64,000 bases of DNA from Eledone cirrhosa (GCA_964016885.1 OZ024742.1:300700001-300764000), one strand, 5' to 3'; shown: positions 15,001 to 26,585, numbered from the stretch's first letter. Made by a program: numbers and translations. The notes: generated from the letters alone by a model not told the origin.

Positions 15001-18000
15001 GATAATGGAGGTAGTAGGAGGTATTACCAGAGATTGTAGTGGTGGTGGTGGTGGTAGTAGAGCAGTGATAATGGAGGTAGTAGGAGGTATTAGCACAGTT
15101 GGTAGTGGTGGTGGTGGTAGTAGAGCAGTGAAAATGGGGGGTAGTAGGAGGTATTAGCAGAGATTGTACTGGTGGTGGTGGTAGTAGGAGGTATTAGCAG
15201 AGATGGTATTGGTGGTGGTGGTAGTAGAGCAGTGATAATAGAGGTAGTAGGAGGTATTAGCAGAGATGGTACTGGTGGTATTGGTGGTGGTGGTGGTAGA
15301 GCAGTGATAATGGAGGTAGTAGGAGGTATTAGCAGAGATGATGGTGGTGGTGGTGGTGGTGGTGGTAGTAGAGCAGTGATAATGGAGGTAGTAGGAGGTA
15401 TTAGCAGAGATAGTACTGGTGGTGGTGGTGGTGGTGGTGGTGGTAGTAGAGCAGTGATAATGGAGGTAGTAGGAGGTATTAACAGAGATATTACTGGTGG
15501 TGGTGGTGGTAGAGCAGTGATAATGGGGGTAGTAGGAGGTATTAGCAGAGATGGTATTGGTGGTGGTGGTAGTAGAGCAGTGATGTTGGAGGTAGTAGGA
15601 GGTATTAGCAGAGATGGTACTGGTGGTGGTGGTGGTGGTGGTTGTAGAGTAGTGATAATGGAGGTAGTAGGAGGTATTAGCAGAGATGGTAGTGGTGGTG
15701 GTGGTAGTAGAGCAGTGATAATGGGGTGTAGTAGGAGGTATTAGAAGAGATGGTACTGGTGGTGGTGGTGGTAGTAGAGCAGTGATAATGAGGGTAGTAG
15801 GAGGTATTAGCAGAGATTGTACTGGTGGTGGTGGTAGTAGAGCAGTGATAATGGGGGGTAGTAGGAGGTATTAGCAGAGACAGTACTGGTGGTGGTGGTG
15901 GTAGTAGAGCAGTGATAATGGGGGAAGTAGGAGGTATTAGCAGAGATTGTACTGGTGGTGGTGGTGGTAGTAGAGCAGAGATAATGGAGGTAGTAGGAGG
16001 TATTAGCACAGTTGGTAGTGGTGGTGGTGGTGGTAGTAGAGCAGTGATAATGGGGGGTAGTAGGAGGTATTAGCAGAGATGGTACTGGTGGTGGTGGTGG
16101 TAGTAGAGCAGTGATAATGGGGGGTAGTAGGAGGTATTAGCAGAGACAGTACTGGTGGTGGTGGTGGTAGTAGAGCAGTGATAATGGAGGTAGTATGAGG
16201 TATTAGCAGAGATGGTATTGGTGGTGGTGGTGGTGGTAGAGCAGTGATAATGGACGTAGTAGGAGGTATTAGCAGAGATGGTATTGGTGGTGGTGGTAGT
16301 AGAGCAGTGATAATGGGGGTAGTAGGAGGTATTAGCAGAGATGGTATTGGTGGTGGTGGTGGTAGTAGAGCAGTGATAATGGGGGTAGTAGGAGGTATTA
16401 GCAGAGATGGTATTGGTGGTGGTGGTGGTAGTAGAGCAGTGATAATGGGGGTAGTAGGACGTATTAGCAGAGATGGTGGTGGTGGTGGTAGAGCAGTGAT
16501 AATGGAGGTAGTAGGTGCTATTAGCAGAGATGGTAGTGGTGGTGGTGGTAGTAGAGCAGTGATAATGGGGGTAGTAGGAGGTATTAGCAGAGATTGTACT
16601 GGTGGTGGTGGTAGTAGAGCAGTGATAATGGAGGTAGTAGGAGGTATTAGCAGAGATGGTATTGGTGGTGGTGGTGGTGGTAGTAGAGCAGTGATAATGG
16701 AGGTAGTAGGAGGTATTAGCAGAGATGGTAGTGGTGGTGGTGGTAGTAGAGCAGTGATAATGGGGGGTAGTAGGAGGTATTAGCAGAGACAGTACTGGTG
16801 GTGGTGGTGGTAGTAGAGCAGTGATAATGGATGTAGTATGAGGTATTAGCAGAGATGGTAGTGGTGGTGGTGGTGGTAGAGCAGTGATAATGGAGGTAGT
16901 AGGAGGTATTAGCAGAGATTGTAGTGGTGGTGGTGGTGGTAGTAGAGCAGTGATAATGGAGGTAGTAGGAGGTATTAGCAGAGATGGTAGTGGTGGTGGT
17001 GGTAGTAGAGCAGTGATAATGGAGGTAGTAGGAGGTATTAGCAGAGATTGTAGTGGTGGTGGTGGTGGTAGTAGAGCAGTGATAATGGAGGTAGTAGGAG
17101 GTATTAGCACAGTTGGTAGTGGTGGTGGTGGTAGTAGAGCAGTGATAATGGGGGGTAGTAGGAGGTATTAGCAGAGATGGTACTGGTGGTGGTGGTGGTA
17201 GTAGAGCAGTGATAATGGGGTGTAGTAGGAGGTATTAGAAGAGATGGTACGGGTGGTGGTGGTGGTAGAGCAGTGATAATGGGGGTAGTAGGAGGTATTA
17301 GCAGAGATGGTATTGGTGATGGTGGTAGTAGAACAGTGATAATGGAGGTAGTAGGAGGTATTAGCAGAGATGGTAGTGGTGGTGGTGGTGGTAGAGCAGT
17401 GATAATGGAGGTAGTAGGAGGTATTAGCAGAGATGGTATTGGTGGTGGTGGTAGTAGAACAGTGATAATGGAGGTAGTAGGAGGTATTAGCAGAGATGTT
17501 ACTGGTGGTGGTGGTGGTGGTAGGGCAGTGATAATGGGGGTAGTAGGAGGTATTAGCTGAGATGGTACTGGTGGTGGTTGTAGTAGAGCAGTTATAATGA
17601 AGGAGTAGGAGGTATTAGCAGAGATAGTATTGGTGGTGGTGGTGGTAGAGCAGTGATGATGGGGGTAGTAGGAGGTATTAGCAGAGATGGTATTGGTGGT
17701 GGTGGTGGTGGTAGTAGAGCAGTGATAATGGGGGTTAGTAGGAGGTATTAGCAGAGATGGTATTGGTGGTGGTGGTAGTAGAGCTGTGATAATGGAGGTA
17801 GTAGGAGGCATTAGCAGAGATGGTACTGGTGGTGGTGGTGGTAGTAGAGCAGTGTTGATAGGAGTAGTAGGAGGTATTAGCAGAGATGGTTGTGGTGGTG
17901 GTGGTGGTGGTAGTAGAGCAGTGATGATGGGGGTAGTAGGAGGTATTAGCAGAGATGGTACTGGTGGTGGTGGTAGTAGAGCAGTGATAATGGAGGTAGT

Positions 18001-21000
18001 AGGAGGTATTAGCAGAGATGGTATTGGTGGTGGTGGTAGTAGAGCAGTGATAATGGAGGTAGTAGGAGGTATTAGCAGAGATGGTAGTGGTGGTAGTAGA
18101 GCAGTGATAATGAAGGAGTAGGAGATATTAGCAGAGATGTTATTGGTGGTGGTGGTGGTGGTGGTAAAGCAGTGATAATGGGGGTAGTAGGAGGTATTAG
18201 GAGAGATGGTACTGGTGGTGGTGGTGGTGGTGGTGGTGGTGGTGGTGGTGGTGGTAGTAGAGCAGTGATAATGAGGGGTAGTAGGAGGTATTAGCAGAGA
18301 TGGTATTGGTGGTGGTGGTAGTAGGAGGTATTAGCAGAGATGGTACTGGTGGTGGTGGTAGTAGAGCAGTGATAATGGAGGTAGTAGGAGGTATTAGCAG
18401 AGATGGTACTGGTGGTGGTGGTAGTAGGAGGTATTAGCAGAGATGGTACTGGTGGTGGTTGTAGTAGAGCAGTGATAATGGGGGTAGTAGGAGGTATTAG
18501 CAGAGATGGTATTGGTGGTGGTGGTAGTAGAGCAGTGCTAATGGAGGTAGTAGGAGGTATTAGCAGAGATGGTACTGGTGGTGGTGGTAGTAGAGCAGTG
18601 ATAATGGGGGTAGTAGGAGGTATTAGCAGAGATGGTATTGGTGGTGGTGGTGGTGGTGGTGGTAAAGCAGTGATAATGGAGGTAGTAGGAGGTATTGGTA
18701 GAGATGGTATTGGTGGTGGTGGTGGTGGTGGTAGAACAGTGCTGATGGGGGTAGTAGGAGGTATTAGCAGAGATGGTAGTGGTGGTGGTGGTAGTAGAAC
18801 AGTGATAATGGAGGTAGTAGGAGGTATTAGCAGAGTTAGTATTGGTGGTGGTGGTGGTGGTGGTGGTAAAGCAGTGATAATGGAGGTAGTAGGAGGTATT
18901 GGTAGAGATGGTATTGGTGGTGGTGGTGGTGGTGGTAGAACAGTGCTGATGGGGGTAGTAGGAGGTATTAGCAGAGATGGTAGTGGTGGTGGTGGTGGTA
19001 GTAGAGCAGTGATGATGGGGTTAGTAGGAGGTATTAGCAGAGATGGTATTGGTGGTGGTGGTGGTGGTGGTAGAGCAGTGATAATGGAGGTAGTAGGAGG
19101 TATTAGCAGAGATGGTACTGGTGGTGGTTGTAGTAGAGCAGTGATAATGGAGGTAGTAGGAGGTATTAGCAGAGATGGTACTGGTGGTGGTGGTGGTAGA
19201 GCAGTGTTAATGGGGGTAGTAGGAGGTATTAGCAGAGATGGTACTGGTGGTGGTGGTGGTAGTAGAGCAGTGATAATGGAGGTAGTAGGAGGTATTAGCA
19301 GAGATGGTACTGGTGGTGGTGGTGGTAGTAGAGCAGTGATAATGGGGGTAGTAGGAGGTATTAGCAGAGATGGTACGGGTGGTGGTGGTGGTAGAGCAGT
19401 GATAATGGGGGTAGTAGGAGGTACTAGCAGAGATGGTACTGTGGGTGGTGGTGGTAGAGCAGTGATAATGGAGGTAGTAGGAGGTATTAGCAGTGATAAT
19501 GGGTGGTAGTAGGAGGTATTAGATGAGATGGTACTGGTGGTGGTGGTGGTAGAGCAGTGATAATGGAGGTAGTAGGAGGTATTAGCAGAGAAGGTATTGG
19601 TGGTGGTGGTAGTAGAGCAGTGATAATGGGCGTAGTAGGAGGTATTAGCAATGATGGTATTGGTGGTGGTGGTGGTAGAGCAGTGATAATGGCGGTAGTA
19701 GGAGGTATTAGCAGAGATGGTATTGGTGGTGGTGCTGGTGGTAGAGCAGTGATAATGGAGGTAGTAGGAGGTATTAGCAGAGATGGTACTGGTGGTGGTG
19801 GTAGTAGAGCAGTGATAATGGCGGTAGTAGGAGGTATTAGCAGAGATGGTAGTGGTGGTGGTGGTGGTAGAGCAGTGATAATGGGCGTAGTAGGAGGGAT
19901 TAGCAGAGATGGTACTGGTGGTGGTGGTGGTAGAGCAGTGATAATAGGGGTAGTAGGAGGTATTAGCAGAGATGGTAGTGGTGGTGGTGGTGGTATAGCA
20001 GTGATAATGGGCGTAGTAGGAGGTATTAGCAATGATGGTATTGGTGGTGGTGGTAGTAGAGCAGTGATAATGGCGGTAGTAGGAGGTATTAGCAGAGATG
20101 GTATTGGTGGTGGTGCTGGTGGTAGAGCAGTTATAATGGAGGTAGTAGGAGGTATTAGCAGAGATGGTACTGGTGGTGGTGGTAGTAGAGCAGTGATAAT
20201 GGGGGGTTTTAGGAGGTATTAGAAGAGATGGTACTGGTGGTGGTGGTAGTAGAGCAGTGATAATGGGGGGTAGTAGAAGGTATTAACAGAGATGGCATTG
20301 GTGGTGGTAGAGCAGTGATAATGGGGGTAGTAGGAGGTATTAGCAGAGATGGTACTGGTGGTGGTGGTAGTAGAGCAGTGATAATGGAGGTAGTAGGAGG
20401 TATTAGCAGAGATTGTAGTGGTGGTGGTGGTGGTAGTAGAGCAGTGATAATGGAGGTAGTAGGAGGTATTAGCACAGTTGGTAGTGGTGGTGGTGGTAGT
20501 AGAGCAGTGAAAATGGGGGGTAGTAGGAGGTATTAGCAGAGATTGTACTGGTGGTGGTGGTAGTAGGAGGTATTAGCAGAGATGGTACTGGTGGTGGTGG
20601 TAGTAGAGCAGTGATAATAGAGGTAGTAGGAGGTATTAGCAGAGATGGTACTGGTGGTATTGGTGGTGGTGGTGGTAGAGCAGTGATAATGGAGGTAGTA
20701 GGAGGTATTAGCAGAGATGATGGTGGTGGTGGTGGTGGTGGTGGTAGTAGAGCAGTGATAATGGAGGTAGTAGGAGGTATTAGCAGAGATAGTACTGGTG
20801 GTGGTGGTGGTGGTGGTGGTGGTAGTAGAGCAGTGATAATGGAGGTAGTAGGAGGTATTAACAGAGATATTACTGGTGGTGGTGGTGGTAGAGCAGTGAT
20901 AATGGGGGTAGTAGGAGGTATTAGCAGAGATGGTATTGGTGGTGGTGGTAGTAGAGCAGTGATAATGGGGGTAGTAGGAGGTATTAGCAGAGATGGTATT

Positions 21001-24000
21001 GGTGGTGGTGGTAGTAGAGCAGTGATGTTGGAGGTAGTAGGAGGTATTAGCAGAGATGGTACTGGTGGTGGTGGTGGTGGTGGTTGTAGAGTAGTGATAA
21101 TGGAGGTAGTAGGAGGTATTAGCAGAGATGGTAGTGGTGGTGGTGGTAGTAGAGCAGTGATAATGGGGTGTAGTAGGAGGTATTAGAAGAGATGGTACTG
21201 GTGGTGGTGGTAGTAGAGCAGTGATAATGGGGGGTAGTAGGAGGTATTAGCAGAGACAGTACTGGTGGTGGTGGTGGTAGTAGAGCAGTGATAATGGGGG
21301 AAGTAGGAGGTATTAGCAGAGATTGTACTGGTGGTGGTGGTGGTAGTAGAGCAGAGATAATGGAGGTAGTAGGAGGTATTAGCACAGTTGGTAGTGGTGG
21401 TGGTGGTGGTAGTAGAGCAGTGATAATGGGGGGTAGTAGGAGGTATTAGCAGAGATGGTAATGGTGGGGTGGTAGTAGAGCAGTGATAATGGGGGTAGTA
21501 GGAGGTATTAGCAGAGATTGTACTGGTGGTGGTGGTGGTAGTAGAGCAGAGATAATGGAGGTAGTAGGAGGTATTAGCAGAGATGGTAGTGGTGGTGGTG
21601 GTAGTAGAGCAGTGATAATGGGGTGTAGTAGGAGGTATTAGAAGAGATGGTACTGGTGGTGGTGGTGGTAGTAGAGCAGTGATAATGAGGGTAGTAGGAG
21701 GTATTAGCAGAGATTGTACTGGTGGTGGTGGTAGTAGAGCAGTGATAATGGGGGGTAGTAGGAGGTATTAGCAGAGACAGTACTGGTGGTGGTGGTGGTA
21801 GTAGAGCAGTGATAATGGGGGAAGTAGGAGGTATTAGCAGAGATTGTACTGGTGGTGGTGGTGGTAGTAGAGCAGAGATAATGGAGGTAGTAGGAGGTAT
21901 TAGCACAGTTGGTAGTGGTGGTGGTGGTGGTAGTAGAGCAGTGATAATGGGGGGTAGTAGGAGGTATTAGCAGAGATGGTACTGGTGGTGGTGGTGGTAG
22001 TAGAGCAGTGATAATGGGGGGTAGTAGGAGGTATTAGCAGAGACAGTACTGGTGGTGGTGGTGGTAGTAGAGCAGTGATAATGGAGGTAGTATGAGGTAT
22101 TAGCAGAGATGGTATTGGTGGTGGTGGTGGTGGTAGAGCAGTGATAATGGACGTAGTAGGAGGTATTAGCAGAGATGGTATTGGTGGTGGTGGTAGTAGA
22201 GCAGTGATAATGGGGGTAGTAGGAGGTATTAGCAGAGATGGTATTGGTGGTGGTGGTGGTAGTAGAGCAGTGATAATGGGGGTAGTAGGACGTATTAGCA
22301 GAGATGGTGGTGGTGGTGGTGGTAGTAGAGCAGTGATAATGGAGGTAGTAGGAGGTATTAGCAGAGATGGTAGTGGTGGTGGTGGTAGTAGAGCAGTGAT
22401 AATGGGGGTAGTAGGAGGTATTAGCAGAGATTGTACTGGTGGTGGTGGTAGTAGAGCAGTGATAATGGAGGTAGTAGGAGGTATTAGCAGAGATGGTATT
22501 GGTGGTGGTGGTGGTAGTAGAGCAGTGATAATGGAGGTAGTAGGAGGTATTAGCAGAGATGGTAGTGGTGGTGGTGGTAGTAGAGCAGTGATAATGGAGG
22601 TAGTAGGAGGTATTAGCAGAGATGGTATTGGTGGTGGTGGTGGTAGTAGAGCAGTGATAATGGAGGTAGTAGGAGGTATTAGCAGAGATGGTAGTGGTGG
22701 TGGTGGTAGTAGAGCAGTGATAATGGGGGGTAGTAGGAGGTATTAGCAGAGATGGTACTGGTGGTGGTGGTGGTAGTAGAGCAGTGATAATGGGGTGTAG
22801 TAGGAGGTATTAGAAGAGATGGTACGGGTGGTGGTGGTGGTAGAGCAGTGATAATGGGGGTAGTAGGAGGTATTAGCAGAGATGGTAGTGGTGGTGGTGG
22901 TGGTAGAGCAGTGATAATGGAGGTAGTAGGAGGTATTAGCAGAGATGGTATTGGTGATGGTGGTAGTAGAACAGTGATAATGGAGGTAGTAGGAGGTATT
23001 AGCAGAGATGGTAGTGGTGGTGGTGGTGGTAGAGCAGTGATAATGGAGGTAGTAGGAGGTATTAGCAGAGATGGTATTGGTGGTGGTGGTAGTAGAACAG
23101 TGATAATGGAGGTAGTAGGAGGTATTAGCAGAGATGGTGGTGGTGGTGGTGGTGGTAGGGCAGTGATAATGGGGGTAGTAGGAGGTATTAGCTGAGATGG
23201 TACTGGTGGTGGTTGTAGTAGAGCAGTTATAATGAAGGAGTAGGAGGTATTAGCAGAGATAGTATTGGTGGTGGTGGTGGTAGAGCAGTGATGATGGGGG
23301 TAGTAGGAGGTATTAGCAGAGATGGTATTGGTGGTGGTGGTGGTGGTAGTAGAGCAGTGATAATGGGGGTTAGTAGGAGGTATTAGCAGAGATGGTATTG
23401 GTGGTGGTGGTAGTAGAGCTGTGATAATGGAGGTAGTAGGAGGTATTAGCAGAGATGGTACTGGTGGTGGTGGTAGTAGAGCAGTGTTGATAGGAGTAGT
23501 AGGAGGTATTAGCAGAGATGGTTGTGGTGGTGGTGGTGGTGGTAGTAGAGCAGTGATGATGGGGGTAGTAGGAGGTATTAGCAGAGATGGTACTGGTGGT
23601 GGTGGTAGTAGAGCAGTGATAATGGAGGTAGTAGGAGGTATTAGCAGAGATGGTATTGGTGGTGGTGGTAGTAGAGCAGTGATAATGGAGGTAGTAGGAG
23701 GTATTAGCAGAGATGGTAGTGGTGGTAGTAGAGCAGTGATAATGAAGGAGTAGGAGATATTAGCAGAGATGTTATTGGTGGTGGTGGTGGTGGTGGTAAA
23801 GCAGTGATAATGGGGGTAGTAGGAGGTATTAGGAGAGATGGTACTGGTGGTGGTGGTGGTGGTGGTGGTGGTGGTAGTGGTGGTGGTAGTAGAGCAGTGA
23901 TAATGAGGGGTAGTAGGAGGTATTAGCAGAGATGGTATTGGTGGTGGTGGTAGTAGGAGGTATTAGCAGAGATGGTACTGGTGGTGGTGGTAGTAGAGCA

Positions 24001-25890
24001 GTGATAATGGAGGTAGTAGGAGGTATTAGCAGAGATGGTACTGGTGGTGGTGGTAGTAGAGCAGTGATAATGGGGGTAGTAGGAGGTATTAGCAGAGATG
24101 GTATTGGTGGTGGTGGTAGTAGAGCAGTGATAATGGAGGTAGTAGGAGGTATTAGCAGAGATGGTATTGGTGGTGGTGGTAGTAGAGCAGTGATAATGGG
24201 GGTAGTAGGAGGTATTAGCAGAGATGGTATTGGTGGTGGTGGTGGTGGTGGTGGTGGTAAAGCAGTGATAATGGAGGTAGTAGGAGGTATTGGTAGAGAT
24301 GGTATTGGTGGTGGTGGTGGTGGTGGTAGAACAGTGCTGATGGGGGTAGTAGGAGGTATTAGCAGAGATGGTAGTGGTGGTGGTGGTAGTAGAGCAGTGA
24401 TAATGGGGGTAGTAGGAGGTATTAGCAGAGATGGTATTGGTGGTGGTGGTAGTAGAGCAGTGATAATGGAGGTAGTAGGAGGTATTAGCAGAGATGGTAT
24501 TGGTGGTGGTGGTAGTAGAGCAGTGATAATGGGGGTAGTAGGAGGTATTAGCAGAGATGGTATTGGTGGTGGTGGTGGTGGTGGTGGTGGTAAAGCAGTG
24601 ATAATGGAGGTAGTAGGAGGTATTGGTAGAGATGGTAGTGGTGGTGGTGGTAGTAGAGCAGTGATAATGGGGGTAGTAGGAGGTATTAGCAGAGATGGTA
24701 TTGGTGGTGGTGGTAGTAGAGCAGTGATAATGGGGGTAGTAGGAGGTATTAGCAGAGATGGTACTGGTGGTGGTGGTAGTAGAGCAGTGATAATGGGGGT
24801 AGTAGGAGGTATTAGCAGAGATGGTATTGGTGGTGGTGGTAGTAGAGCAGTGATAATGGAGGTAGTAGGAGGTATTAGCAGAGATGGTATTGGTGGTGGT
24901 GGTAGTAGAGCAGTGATAATGGGGGTAGTAGGAGGTATTAGCAGAGATGGTATTGGTGGTGGTGGTGGTGGTGGTGGTGGTAAAGCAGTGATAATGGAGG
25001 TAGTAGGAGGTATTGGTAGAGATGGTATTGGTGGTGGTGGTGGTGGTGGTAGAACAGTGCTGATGGGGGTAGTAGGAGGTATTAGCAGAGATGGTAGTGG
25101 TGGTGGTGGTAGTAGAACAGTGATAATGGAGGTAGTAGGAGGTATTAGCAGAGTTAGTATTGGTGGTGGTGGTGGTAGAGCAGTGATAATGGGGGTAGTA
25201 GGAGGTATTGGTAGAGATGGTATTGGTGGTGGTGGTGGTGGTGGTAGAACAGTGCTGATGGGGGTAGTAGGAGGTATTAGCAGAGATGGTAGTGGTGGTG
25301 GTGGTGGTAGTAGAGCAGTGATGATGGGGTTAGTAGGAGGTATTAGCAGAGATAGTAGTGGTTGTAGTAGAGCAGTGGTAATGGAGGTAGTAGGAGGTAT
25401 TAGCAGAGATGTTACTGGTGGTGGTGGTGGTGGTGGTAGAGCAGTGATAATGGAGGTAGTAGGAGGTATTAGCAGAGATGGTATTGGTGGTGGTGGTGGT
25501 GGTGGTAGAGCAGTGATAATGGAGGTAGTAGGAGGTATTAGCAGAGATGGTATTGGTGGTGGTGGTGGTGGTGGTAGAGCAGTGATAATGGAGGTAGTAG
25601 GAGGTATTAGCAGAGATGGTATTGGTGGTGGTGGTGGTGGTGGTAGAGCAGTGATAATGGAGGTAGTAGGAGGTATTAGCAGAGATGGTATTGGTGGTGG
25701 TGGTGGTGGTAGTAGAGCAGTGATAATGGAGGTATTAGCAGAGATGGTACTGGTGGTGGTGGTGGTGGTAGTAGAGCAGTGATAATGGAGGTAGTCGGTG
25801 GTATTAACAGATCGTATTGGTTGTGGTGGTAGTAGAGCAGTGATAATGGGGGTAGTAGGAGGTATTAGCAGAGATAGTATTGGTGATGGC
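1..25890. repeat. Satellite A: tandem array, modal unit ~63 bp (GGTATTAGCAGAGATGGTAGT(GGT)nAGTAGAGCAGTGATAATGGRGGTAGTAGGA), roughly 400 units, with an internal variable (GGT)n tract
   Basis: The unit recurs continuously from base 1 and translates as a 21-aa periodic string. Unit length varies mainly by GGT number. The array degenerates over ~25790-25905 and continues beyond the left window edge. Confidence 0.98.
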
Positions 25891-25909
25891 AATAACAGTA
25901 GTATATTTT

Positions 25910-25915
25910 ACTTAC
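25910..25915 (-). promoter_or_regulatory. 5' splice donor site
   Basis: The minus strand reads AGG|GTAAGT (plus ACTTAC at 25910-25915), a perfect GTAAGT consensus where mannosidase similarity ends. Confidence 0.9.
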
Positions 25916-26119
25916 CCTTAATATATATCCCCTCGAGTTATGGAATATCTCTGGATTCTGTTGTTCAGGACGGAATATATATGCCCCAGAGGGTTGTGTA
26001 TAGTCTACTGAGGAACGATAGTACTTGAGTCCCTGTGTGAATGGCAGCTTGATATTTTTCACTTTGTTGGTGATTGAAGTTGGTTCACCTGTATTCTCAT
26101 CAAACTCCAACTTAATAAA
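25916..26119 (-). CDS. MAN2B1: Internal coding exon (68 aa) of a glycoside hydrolase family 38 lysosomal alpha-mannosidase (MAN2B1-like)
   Basis: Translation is FIKLEFDENTGEPTSITNKVKNIKLPFTQGLKYYRSSVDYTQPSGAYIFRPEQQNPEIFHNSRGYILR. It contains the GH38 C-terminal-region motif SGAYIFRP (25967-25990), preceded by the typical F-D-x-x-T-G and Q-x-x-x-Y-Y pattern of lysosomal alpha-mannosidases. It is 204 bp, stop-free and bounded by CAG| and |GTAAGT in phase 0/0. The family is recognised from memory; exact orthology is untested. Confidence 0.88.
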
Positions 26120-26158
26120 CTGGAATAGAAACATAAAACAATATAAATTAAACAAAAA
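26120..26158 (-). promoter_or_regulatory. 3' splice acceptor with T-rich polypyrimidine tract
   Basis: The minus strand reads TTTTTGTTTAATTTATATTGTTTTATGTTTCTATTCCAG|TTT, with the AG at 26121-26120. A possible branch motif TTTAAT lies at 26152-26147. Confidence 0.88.
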
Positions 26159-26161
26159 TTA

Positions 26162-26204
26162 TGTGAATATTAATATACATAGAGATATGTAGTGAGGATA
26201 TTAA
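26162..26204. repeat. Diverged remnant of the 31-bp minisatellite (first fragment)
   Basis: TGTGAATATTAATATACATAGAGATATGTAGTGAGGATATTAA matches the 31-bp unit with a few differences. Confidence 0.85.
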
Positions 26205-26473
26205 CCTTTTCAGTACCACAGGCAAGATAACTCGTCCTAACATGTTTGAACTCTTTTCCAACAGTTCATAACTTCAAAGTTATGAACTCGTTTCCAACAG
26301 TTCATAACTTCAAAGCTAGATGGGGTTACTAGTTTATTGAAGTGACGTTTGTCAATCATTCAGATATGTGTTGTTATTAAATGTTTGTTTAAAAAAATAA
26401 TCCTTTTACTGAAAAAAAAAAAAGCAGACACAACTGTAGCTGTGTAAAATATATGCAGCAGTCAACAGGTTAA
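26201..26473. mobile_element. piggyBac-like non-autonomous element (MITE), 265 bp between TTAA target-site duplications
   Basis: TTAA occurs at 26201-26204 and 26470-26473. The ends TTAACCTTTTCAGTAC and (reverse complement) TTAACCTGTTGACTGC match at 12/16. Removing the insert restores the minisatellite unit ...GGATATTAA|TAAATATAGAGATATG. No ORF. Confidence 0.72.
26247..26315. repeat. 36-bp-period tandem duplication with an embedded perfect 12-bp inverted repeat
   Basis: TGAACTC(T/G)TTTCCAACAGTTCATAACTTCAAAG occurs at 26247-26279 and 26283-26315. AGTTCATAACTT-CA-AAGTTATGAACT spans 26263-26288. Confidence 0.9.
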
Positions 26474-26511
26474 TAAATATAGAGATATGTAGTTTGATGT
26501 TAATAAATATA
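26470..26511. repeat. Diverged remnant of the 31-bp minisatellite (second fragment)
   Basis: TTAATAAATATAGAGATATGTAGTTTGATGTTAATAAATATA matches about 1.3 units. Confidence 0.85.
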
Positions 26512-26585
26512 TCAGATAGGTTGTGGTAAAAACCAGCTAGAGCATAACCCACCAGAGTATTCGATATTTAGGGTAGTAGAGTGGG

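Larger units (their letters stand above)
1..25915 (-). other. Inferred intron downstream of the mannosidase exon (>=25.9 kb, nearly all satellite A)
   Basis: Begins at the GTAAGT donor at 25915. No further unique or exon-like sequence is seen down to base 1, and the exon is internal to the protein. Confidence 0.75.

Noticed and set aside
37-25782. Long Gly-rich ORFs (up to 1586 aa) and antisense Pro-rich ORFs as structural or biomaterial proteins
   Set aside because: They arise because the unit and its GGT indels are multiples of 3. Stops and frameshifts are scattered and copied through the array, there is no signal peptide or unique domain, and the region lies inside the inferred mannosidase intron.
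1-25890. Telomeric or subtelomeric repeat because of the G-rich strand
   Set aside because: There is no TTAGGG-type short unit, and the array abuts a splice donor of an internal exon.
25798-26028. 76-aa plus-strand ORF
   Set aside because: Its N-terminus is satellite translation and the rest is the antisense shadow of the exon.
25865-26155. The 96-aa minus ORF as a complete small gene
   Set aside because: Its first 12 codons are the polypyrimidine tract and acceptor, and the tail after ILR reads through the donor into intron. Only 25916-26119 is exon.
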